Positions 9,462 to 17,276 of a stretch of 18,362 bases of DNA are shown one piece after another. Source of the DNA: an uncultured Nitrososphaerales archaeon. Its GTDB lineage: Archaea; Thermoproteota; Nitrososphaeria; Nitrososphaerales; Nitrososphaeraceae. Made by a program: the position numbers and the translations under genes. Under the pieces are notes generated by a model. The model searched no databases and was not told where the DNA came from. It was given only the letters and a program-made list of their open reading frames with translations. The stretch lies in NCBI GenBank assembly GCA_963709405.1, contig CAVPXM010000077.1:1-18362 (forward strand), in the 5' to 3' direction. Each line of letters opens with the position of its first letter. The stretch's first letter is position 1.

Positions 9462-9482
9462 TGCTACTACATAGTAGTAGCA
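9462..9482. promoter_or_regulatory. Perfect inverted repeat upstream of asnB (candidate operator or 5'-UTR hairpin)
   Basis: TGCTACTAC-ATA-GTAGTAGCA: 9-bp arms with a 3-nt spacer, about 43 nt upstream of the asnB ATG. Confidence 0.5.
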
Positions 9483-10375
9483 ATTAACTCGCCTCAAATC
9501 ATTATAGGATAGGATACGATCACTTAAAAGCGTTTTTACGGAAGATTTATTCATTATCTTTTACTATATTAATATTACTATATTTGTATTCATCTTCTTT
9601 ATAAATACAACAAACTTTAATTCGGCATCAGATCATTATTACGATCATTCACTAGTAATGACCTCGTTGCGAAACTTTTAAAACAGATACAGAGAAGATT
9701 TGAAAAAATGATTATCAATAATATCAAATTTGGAGTAGGCGGTATGGAGTAATTGGGCAATATTTCAATAATTCTAAATCATTTGAGATAATGCTTTGTA
9801 TCTGCTATTTTCTTTTCAAATAGTATTGGCGTTACAAATAAGAAAGGTTTGGGAATGTTGTAAAACCTAAAGGAAGAAGCTTCGTAGTTACAACTTGGGA
9901 GCCAAAGATCGAGTCGTGATATTCACATTAGAATGGTGTATTAAAGGTTTTTCCTCAAGTGGATAATAGGATCATATAGCCAGGAGTGCACGAAAAAATC
10001 AGAGTTTGACATATAATGATAGAATAGAATAATATGTAAAATATTAAAACAAAGACAATAAATGCAATAATTACAAGAGACAATATTTTTTTCCTGTTGA
10101 TAATTATCACAAATTGATTTGTATATCTAGTCATGTTATCTTTATCAGATCATATAATTGAGTCGTTATCAAAATTTGTGATTATTATTTATAAACATTT
10201 AGAAATCATAAGTTCCTATAAACTGAGCGAGAAATTAGCAAATTATCTTATCAAGGAAAGATATAGTTAAACATTATATTAACTCGCTAACGAGGCGGAT
10301 AAATAAAACGGACAATAGATCTCATAGACACATATAATAAATTAGTGTATCAATAACAGGATAATGATTACGTAA

Positions 10376-11275
10376 TTGCTTAGGAGACAACCATCGCCAA
10401 CAGGAAGACCAAATAAGCTAGTAATCTTGGCGGCTATAGTAACATTCGCTGTCATCGTCATAATTATGTCTGAATCAGTAGTTATAGTACAAGCTGGTCA
10501 TAGAGGAGTAGTACTCTATCTTGGTGCAGTAGAGAACAGAGTACTTGGCGAAGGAGTACATTTTATTATTCCCTTTGTTGAACAGGTAGTACAATTAGAA
10601 GTTCGGACTCTAAAATATCAAGCTGAAGCAACTGCTGCATCTAATGATTTACAACAAGTACAGACGGTGATAGCACTAAATTACCATCTGAATCCAGCTG
10701 ATGTAAATAAGATCTACCAACAGCTGGGTCCAGACTATGCAGATAGAGTAATAGCGCCGACTATACAAGAATCAGTTAAAGCAAGTGTAGCGAAATACAA
10801 TGCTGAAGAGTTAATCACAAAAAGAGCTATTGTTAAAGATGTTATAGCAAATACGATAAGAAACTCCTTATCAGCAAAAGACATAGTGGTAGAGACAATA
10901 TTTATTACTGATTTTAAATTCTCGCCAGCATTTTCTACTCAGGTTGAAGATAAAGTAGTAGCTTTTCAAAAGTACTTGACAGAACTGAATAATTTGAGAG
11001 CAATTCGAGTAGTAGCTAACCAAACAGTTGTACAGGCACAAGCACAGGCTAGAGCTAACATAGCAAAGGCTGGTGGAGAATCACAAGCAATTAAAATTAT
11101 TACATCACAATTAAGACAAGACCCTCAATATCTTCAGTGGCAAGCGATCAATAGATGGAATGGACAAATGCCTTATTCTTTAGGAGGACAAGGAGCAATC
11201 CCATTTTTCCAACTGCCACAGTCCTCATCTCAATCGTCAGTATCTGGATCACAACAACAAAATCAGACCAGATAA
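10376..11275 (+). CDS. SPFH/Band-7 prohibitin-family membrane scaffold protein
   Basis: N-terminal TM helix, VQAGHRGVV, GEGVHFIIPFVEQV, ASNDLQQV, PTIQESVKAS, YNAEELITKR, ITDFKFS, YLQWQAINRWNG; TTG start. Confidence 0.92.
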   Translation: MLRRQPSPTGRPNKLVILAAIVTFAVIVIIMSESVVIVQAGHRGVVLYLGAVENRVLGEGVHFIIPFVEQVVQLEVRTLKYQAEATAASNDLQQVQTVIALNYHLNPADVNKIYQQLGPDYADRVIAPTIQESVKASVAKYNAEELITKRAIVKDVIANTIRNSLSAKDIVVETIFITDFKFSPAFSTQVEDKVVAFQKYLTELNNLRAIRVVANQTVVQAQAQARANIAKAGGESQAIKIITSQLRQDPQYLQWQAINRWNGQMPYSLGGQGAIPFFQLPQSSSQSSVSGSQQQNQTR

Positions 11276-11413
11276 GGAGATGAATAGACACAACCAACTC
11301 CAAAATGTGGAATCTGACTATAAGATTCACCTATTATGCATTTATTCATCGTAATTCAGTAAACCAAACTATGCTATCACTTTATTGTATCACAGCGTAA
11401 ACTCTGCCCTTAT

Positions 11414-12353
11414 ATGCCCGTTATGAGTATTAGATCACATATGAATACAAGGACCAAGGAATGGCAGAGGCGAGACAGAGGTCTAACTGCTAGAATGATA
11501 TTCTGTTTTTTAATTTTAGCATTGCTTTACGCTATATTCATAGGTGTATTAGCGTATGTTGGAGTAGGTTTTATACCAATTATGATAGTGGCGTCGGCCA
11601 TGATTGCAGCCCAATGGTATTTCTCCGATAAGATAGTACTTTGGAGCTCTGGAGCAAAGGTAGTCAGCAGTGAGCAATTTCCAAAACTTCACGAATCGAT
11701 CGAGAGAATAGTTGCTAGAATCAATCTGCCAAAACCAAAGATAGCTGTAATTAACACTAACATGCCGAATGCTTTCGCGACTGGCAAAGGGCAGAAGAGC
11801 TCCGTAGTCGCAGTGACTACTGGTCTTCTAGATATATTGGATACTGAAGAACTAGAGGGAGTATTAGCTCACGAACTCACTCACATTAGAAATAGAGATG
11901 TTCTTGTTCTAACGCTTGCTAGTATATTTTCAACAATTGCGGCTTATCTGATGCAATTTGGTTTCTATGGTGGTGGTATGGGAGGTAGCTATGGCAGTAG
12001 AGGTGATCGAAATAATGGAAGTGCATTTATAATTATGGTGTTAGTAGCGAGCTCTCACTTGGATAATCAGTTTCCTTATTATTAGAGCGATTTCGCGCTA
12101 CAGAGAATATTCAGCAGATAGAGGTTCAGCACAGATGACCGGAAAACCTTCAAAATTGGCTAATGCACTAATTAAGATCAGCGGCGAGATGTCTCGTATC
12201 CCAAAGAAAGACTTAAGACAAGTAGAAGGATTAAATGCCTTTTTTATTATCCCAGCTATTTCAGGCAGTTCAATCATAAATCTTTTTTCAACTCATCCGC
12301 CAGTAAACAAGAGAATCCAAAGACTGCTGGAAATGGAAGCCTCGATGAGTTAG
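11414..12353 (+). CDS. htpX: Zinc metalloprotease HtpX (M48), split by a +1 frameshift at about 12050
   Basis: QWYFSDKIVL, PNAFATG, VAVTTGLL, ELEGVLAHELTH (HExxH). Removing one base after GCG restores ALTWIISFLIIRAISRYREYSADRGSAQMTGKP...LFSTHPP and joins ORFs 11414-12085 and 12135-12353. Confidence 0.92.
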
Positions 12354-12389
12354 TTAACCTATATTATTAGGTGATTTCCTGAATTTAGG

Positions 12390-12845
12390 TCAATCAGGTA
12401 TAATCCCTTCTCCTTTAAATAGATTCTTTGCATCATTAATAGAAATATCGCTGTTAGGGAGTAATATGTCAGATTTAACTATTTCAGTATGTTCTAATTC
12501 TTGACCATTCTTCGAAACTAACGAGAGCATTTCTTTAAGTTTCTTCTTAAATTCCTTCTCATCTGCTATAATCCTCTTTACAATATCGACTATGGAGTTA
12601 TCAAGAGCGTTTATTCTTGTTGCCATTCTTTGGTTAATTCTATATTGACCTTTTCCCATCACTCTTACTATTATCTGGCCGTGATTTCTTAATTTGTTAT
12701 CTTGAAAATATGGCGACAATTCATTAACATTTTTCTTACTACCTTTTATTATTGATGATCCTCTTGTTTTACCTGAAGGCCATTTACGCGATCTTGAAAT
12801 CTTCTTGGCGCGGCTGCTCTTGTACGCTCTTTTATTTTTCGCCAT
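12390..12845 (-). CDS. PspA-associated protein (PspAA-like) with a long Lys/Arg/Ser-rich N-terminal extension
   Basis: IIVRVMGKGQY...INALDNSIV...SDILLPNSD...FKGEGIIPD matches the PspAA pattern as I recall it; its start overlaps the pspA stop (TAATG). Confidence 0.8.
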   Translation of the reverse strand: MAKNKRAYKSSRAKKISRSRKWPSGKTRGSSIIKGSKKNVNELSPYFQDNKLRNHGQIIVRVMGKGQYRINQRMATRINALDNSIVDIVKRIIADEKEFKKKLKEMLSLVSKNGQELEHTEIVKSDILLPNSDISINDAKNLFKGEGIIPD

Positions 12846-13321
12846 TAGGAGATGACCGCTATGTTTTTCTTCTCTTCTACATGTATTTCCTTATATATTT
12901 GTGCTTTTATTGTCTCTTTTCTGGCCCGAACCTCTATAGCTTTTACTAATGTGTCTTTCTCTAGACGTTCTAGTCTATCTTGTTGCATTTGAATAGTTGT
13001 TATTTGTTTAACAAGATCTTGTAATTGCGTGCTTATATTCTTACGCCGGAAGGCATACTTATACAGGCCCCCTATTTCTACATTCAATGCTAATCTGGCT
13101 GGTTCATCTGGAATACTGATATTATCCCATATCTTGGATTCCTGGTTTTTTGCATCGTTTTTCGAGGTTACTTTTTCATCTAGGTTTCTAGGTAATTCGT
13201 TTAAGAATTCTACTTGTTTAGAATATGAACAATCAAGCACTCTTCGTGGAATTCCATATTTGCAGAGCAAGATATTCGAGTCTTGCTTAACTAGTGTTGG
13301 AATATGACTAGTATAACCCAA
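12845..13321 (-). CDS. pspA: PspA/IM30-family protein, divergent and C-terminally truncated (possible pseudogene)
   Basis: MG...TLVK...LL...PRRVLDCSYSKQVEFL...VTSK...ARLAL...RKN...RARKETIKAQ parallels the archaeal/actinobacterial PspA pattern DPRETLDYSYEKQ...KETIKAQY; only 158 aa; adjacent to pspAA and htpX; TTG start. Confidence 0.7.
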   Translation of the reverse strand: MGYTSHIPTLVKQDSNILLCKYGIPRRVLDCSYSKQVEFLNELPRNLDEKVTSKNDAKNQESKIWDNISIPDEPARLALNVEIGGLYKYAFRRKNISTQLQDLVKQITTIQMQQDRLERLEKDTLVKAIEVRARKETIKAQIYKEIHVEEKKNIAVIS

Positions 13322-13658
13322 ATTAATTCAATTTTAGTGTTGCAATTCTTTACTATTAAATCTAATGAAATGAATAAATGTATAACATGAGATTCAAATT
13401 TAAGACAATCCAGCTATAAGCATAAATGATATAGGATTGATTAAGGAATTCTAGAAAATATCGAGATTACTATAACGAGTCGCTGGTTGTTTCTGATAAT
13501 TGTCCAGAATTGCTTTATCTTCTTAAAACTGGTAAAACATGTTCTCGACTAGGCTGTACCCAGATGATTCTGAACCACTCGCTGACTGTCGGTTGGTGTT
13601 ACTGAGAAGCATAGTCAAAACTACACAAAGAGGAGTTTTTTCCTTCATATGCTACCTG

Positions 13659-14385
13659 TTAATATGAAGAGAAGGTGTCGCTACCTTTGGTATTATTACT
13701 ATTAATATTGTTACTACCATTAAAGTACTGTTTAGTGATTGACAAGGATGATGGCAAGTCTGGTATTCTATTTGTACTATTTTCTCCAACTATCGCTGAA
13801 GCCTCTTCTATTATTTTAATTATTTCTTCGCTGCCTATCCGAATAAGATGCCGTTCCTTCTAAAATGTTGGTAGGCGCTGCTACTGTACCATTTAACAAT
13901 TCTCCCAATGTATTGGAAATTTCAGTAAGGGACTGATCCGCATTAGGAATTACATCTGATAAACCACTTTTTAATTCCTTGATCGTAGATGTAGCAGGAC
14001 CTAATGTGAACATTACATCACCTAATTCAGTTACCGTCTCTAGTCTTATTTTTACTTGTTCAGTCGTCATTCTCGTAGAATCAACAACCTTATTTATTCT
14101 TCGAATTTGAGATAGCTCATTAGATAATGATCTGGCTTGTTGCATGTTGTGATTTTGTAGTGCTTCGGTAACATGATCAAATACATGATGATCTTTTTCT
14201 TTGAGCTTGTTTGATGTATTTTCCATTTTTGATATCTGCATCTCTAATTTTCTCTGTGTTCTTTCGAGGCGAGATCTCAGGGGTTCAGATGGTCTAATGT
14301 TATCTAATATCTTATCTTTCATCCCTTCTCTATGGAATGTGTTCTTACTCTTTTTGTCTGACCACTTCGTATAGAATGCTGGCAA
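13659..14385 (-). CDS. Snf7/CdvB-like ESCRT-III protein, with a +1 frameshift at about 13834
   Basis: KW...PLRSRLE...LEMQISKME...KLKEKD...LSNELSQIR...IRLETVTELGDVMFTLGPA...VIPNADQSLTEIS. Removing one G restores EEIIKIIEEASAIV...RIPDLP (Vps4/CdvC-binding MIM2-like tail), ending at TAA 13659-13661. Confidence 0.87.
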
Positions 14386-14793
14386 GATAATACTCTACTA
14401 AAATGATTCAGAATTGTTAATCTCATAGTATATTAAGAAAATTTGTTTACAAGCTTAACATATACTATCCAGAAAATCTCGCACCACTGTAACAACTAGA
14501 TTTCATAACCACTATTGACATGCGATCCATCTCATTAGTAATTAGACTGTATGGAACATGAGTAAACTAGCATCTACCTTCTGAAATAATTGTTTAAACT
14601 ATCTTTTACAAGTCTCTAATCTTCTTAACCTATATAACAAATTGAATCGTAAATAACAGATTATTCAAATTTAAACTCTGTATAAATATGCTTGACAGAT
14701 AATAATTGAGTACACCTTAGGTCTAGTTATAGTTGTTTTTTTGCAACGTAGACGTTCAATAGGCTGTAGAGTTCTAGGACCTCTTCTCTTACC

Positions 14794-14811
14794 GCATTGC
14801 AATGCATTGCA
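14794..14811. promoter_or_regulatory. Overlapping palindromes upstream of the mini-operon (candidate operator)
   Basis: GCATTGCAATGC (14794-14805) overlaps TGCAATGCATTGCA (14798-14811); a TATA-like ATATATG follows at 14822-14828. Confidence 0.4.
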
Positions 14812-14866
14812 TACATGAACGATATATGTAGTGACCACTAAATGACTATTAACAGTGAAATGAAAA

Positions 14867-15018
14867 ATGAAACAAATCAAGATATTTGAAACGATAGCGA
14901 AATCGGCAGGCGTTGATGGTAGCGCTGGCCGTATCTACGTTCCCAAAGGACGTGGATAGGCAAAAAGGTCATAGTGTATCTGAAGGAAGCGGTAAAAACT
15001 CATGGAGGTGAGTTGTAA
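14867..15018 (+). CDS. DUF2080-like (AbrB/SpoVT-type, mobile-element-associated) small protein, frameshifted at about 14950; absent from the ORF track
   Basis: MKQIKIFETIAKSAGVDGSAGRIYVPK, then in another frame WIGKKVIVYLKEAVKTHGGEL*; the GRIYVPKxWIGKKV signature is typical of DUF2080; stop overlaps the next ATG (TAATG). Confidence 0.7.
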
Positions 15019-15417
15019 TGACGATGGGAGTGAAGGGAGCGATGACAATGGAAGTAATAGGTCTGGGAATAACCGCAATAGCTCTCGGTATGGGTGTCGC
15101 GCTAGGCGCTGGGTTCATTCTCGGAGTAGGTCTGTATACGGTTGGCCTATGGAAGGAAATAAAGGCAAGGCGTATGGAGCTGGGTATGGATACGAACGAA
15201 GGTAAAAAAGCTCATGGAGGTGAGTAATAAAATGGGTAAAGCGTTAGGCATAGTACTGACAGCCTTTGGTACGCTGTTCGCAGTGGGTGCAGCTAGCACA
15301 GTAGACTACAACGTCACTAAAATGATACCATTGCTGGCTATATCTGGTCTGTTCATGCTTGCAGCAGCCGTTGAGTATAGACGAGGAACAAAGGAAGGCA
15401 AACCAATGGAGGTGAGT
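15002..15417 (+). repeat. Three direct copies of ATGGAGGTGAGT (contains a perfect archaeal Shine-Dalgarno, GGAGGTGA) at the 3' end of three consecutive small genes
   Basis: Copies at 15002-15013, 15214-15225 and 15406-15417, each preceded by a similar purine-rich G(A/C)GG(T/C)AAA stretch. Confidence 0.85.
15018..15227 (+). CDS. Small Gly-rich membrane protein (69 aa)
   Basis: GGAGGTGA Shine-Dalgarno and TAATG coupling; hydrophobic Gly-zipper-like GLGITAIALGMGVALGAGFILGVGL followed by a basic tail. Confidence 0.75.
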   Translation: MTMGVKGAMTMEVIGLGITAIALGMGVALGAGFILGVGLYTVGLWKEIKARRMELGMDTNEGKKAHGGE

Positions 15418-15423
15418 AAGTAA
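15232..15423 (+). CDS. Small two-helix membrane protein (63 aa)
   Basis: GGAGGTGA at 15216-15223 supports the ATG at 15232 rather than 15214; two hydrophobic segments flank the loop STVDYNVTK; basic tail. Confidence 0.75.
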   Translation: MGKALGIVLTAFGTLFAVGAASTVDYNVTKMIPLLAISGLFMLAAAVEYRRGTKEGKPMEVSK

Positions 15424-15676
15424 TCCATTTGGTTCAATGTTTGATACCAATTATAGGTATTGTTATGTAATAAGATATGCTTATATCCATATCCTATCTT
15501 GATAACAATACGAGCTTCAATCTCGTTGAGTCGTTGTTTAGGCAAGTTGAGGAATGAATGAAAGCATTGACAGATATTTTGGCAGAGTTTGACGCACATG
15601 AATTAAAGACTATATGGAACGCCTTGCTTTTCTATCTCAATCCTTATCTAGTGTATGATTATATAGTCATATACTC

Positions 15677-16533
15677 ATGAGCAAGGCAATCAGCGCTTTA
15701 AGTAATCGTGATAGGATTACTCATGGTAACTTCAGTTCTTTCGACTGGTTTAACGATTGCAAAGAAGTCAGATGGTGGAGTAGTGGTAGTAGTTCAGATT
15801 CAGGTTCAGACTCAGGTTCAAGTTCAAGCTCTGGTGATTCTGGAGGAGGAGGTAGTAGTGGAAGCAGTGATAATAGTAATGGTAATAGTAATTCTGATAC
15901 TGGTAGTGACAGTAAGGATAAAGCAGCTGAGTCACAGGCTACACCAACCAACAAAGATCCCGATAAAGATGGGGATAACGATCTAAAGAAAACAGCAGGT
16001 ACAACCAACTACCGAGACTGGTACAACTACAACTACAACTACAACTCCAGTTACACCACAAGGTCCAGTTGATGCAATAGGACCAGTAGCACCAGTAGCA
16101 CCAGTAGGACCTATAGTACCAATACCAACAATAAAAGGTCAAACACCTGACAAAAGCTGTGCATTTCATCCAGAATTACCAAAGTGTATGCCAGACAAAG
16201 ATGGTAATTGCCCTTCAGGATTTAGTCACAATTCAAAGGGTACACTGTTTTCCGAGCGGTGCTTGTCCTGGAGGATTTGGTAGACACGACAACGATGAGA
16301 GTGGCAAATGCTTTCCACAATGTCCACATGGATTTCATATGAAGAATGGTCACTGCAACAAAGACATTACAATAACAGTTCATACACATAGCAGTGGAAG
16401 TAGTTCAAGTGGTAGTTCATACAGTCTAAGCGATAGTTGTTATAATGAAATCAAGCTCGCATGGATAGGAAAAATTCAGAGAGGACAGAATAGCGAAGTG
16501 GATAGTATCATAGACAAGTGTATGGGACTGTGA
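15677..16533 (+). CDS. Secreted low-complexity (Ser/Gly, Thr, Pro-rich) protein with a Cys-rich repeat domain; four frameshifts, about 284 aa when repaired
   Basis: Frame switches at about 15700, 15778, 16007 and 16240 give signal peptide MSKAISALVIVIGLLMVTSVLSTGLTIA, a Ser/Gly tract, TTTT, PVAPVAPVGP, then DKSCAFHPELPKCMPDKDGNCPSGFSHNSKGHCFPSGACPGGFGRHDNDESGKCFPQCPHGF...DKCMGL*. Confidence 0.75.
16023..16106 (+). repeat. Coding micro-repeats: (ACAACT)4 and G(G/C)ACCAGTA x3
   Basis: ACAACT x4 at 16023-16046 (Thr run) and a 9-mer x3 at 16080-16106 (GPV/APV). Confidence 0.85.
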
Positions 16534-16555
16534 TTAATATTCAATTTAATTCCGA

Positions 16556-16916
16556 ATGATTCAACCTATTCTTAATCCGTATAATACACCGAATCCGGCT
16601 AGTTCTACACCTAGCAGTACCACGCCGTCAAGCAGCGGCAAGACTACCACGACGTCAAGCACTGAAAGAGGCACGACAACACCAACGACCTCAACACCAA
16701 AGACGCCAGTACTCCCGCAGATAGCAGCGCAAGTAATTACCATACCCAAGTCTATCTCTTCGCTACCTGGCCCTAGCAACCTAACGAAGTTTGGTAGTAG
16801 CAATAGAGGTGGCAATGACGAAAGCCGCTTCATCTCCAACTTCTAGTCTCCTCATAGCAGCTCTAACAGATGCAGATACTATAATGTTAGGATATGCTTA
16901 CTCAATCAATGATTGA
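16556..16916 (+). CDS. Ser/Thr/Pro-rich hypothetical protein; ends at 16846 as written, or at 16916 if a +1 indel at about 16791 is removed
   Basis: Starts 22 nt after the previous gene on the same strand; the alternative tail LTKLVVAIEVAMTKAASSPTSSLLIAALTDADTIMLGYAYSIND* looks helical and protein-like. Confidence 0.5.
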
Positions 16917-17276
16917 GAGATAGCGAGCTGCAATATTCTATTAGAAGGATTATATTCATACAATTCGTGGAAGCGATTATTAAAACTGTCATGAGTTTAC
17001 TAATGCGGAAGAGATGATAAGAATTAACAATATGCTATTAGAGAATTATTAAAACGCGCTAGATACGTGTAGAAGAAAGTACATTAACTATAAAGCCTTT
17101 TGTTACTATAAGGCTTCTAAAGATTCCTATCGTTTCATAAGCAAAGACTGTTGGTACATTAGATCTACTACTCATAGCATGTCTGTTGCCTCGCCCGCCT
17201 TTTCTCTCCTGTCCATTGGTGCTCAAAGAATACAGAAAATAAAATACCTGAAAGTAAAAAGAGAACTACTAACTTG

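Noticed and set aside
5934-9474. ORFs 5934-6197, 8023-8220, 8259-8489 and 9202-9474
   Set aside because: Antisense shadows of moeA and asnB.
9500-10370. Long AT-rich intergenic region checked for a CRISPR array, ncRNA or pseudogene
   Set aside because: No regularly spaced repeats, GC-rich structured segment or recognisable protein remnant seen by eye.
11148-13863. ORFs 11148-11330, 12752-12949, 13029-13307 and 13675-13863
   Set aside because: Antisense to the SPFH, pspAA/pspA and repaired ESCRT-III genes.
15002-15417. ATGGAGGTGAGT repeats considered as a CRISPR array or integron attC sites
   Set aside because: The repeat core is only 12 bp, spacing is about 200 bp of coding sequence, it is not palindromic, and no cas or integrase gene is present.
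14671-15599. ORFs 14671-14880 (-), 15002-15205 (+), 15244-15450 (-) and 15306-15599 (-)
   Set aside because: Alternative-frame or antisense overlaps of the SD-supported small genes; the ATGs at 15002 and 15214 are part of the repeat motif itself.
15708-16839. ORFs 15708-15986, 15721-16008, 15939-16169 (Cys/Trp/Tyr-rich), 16159-16533 and 16561-16839 as independent genes
   Set aside because: They are frameshift fragments or antisense readings of low-complexity Ser/Thr/Pro codons; the CSCSCSC and YWCYWC runs are the reverse complement of Thr and Pro-Val repeats.
17093-17116. AAGCCTT-N10-AAGGCTT hairpin as a possible terminator between convergent genes
   Set aside because: Only a 7-bp stem with a 10-nt loop; could be chance, and archaeal terminators rely mainly on oligo-T tracts.
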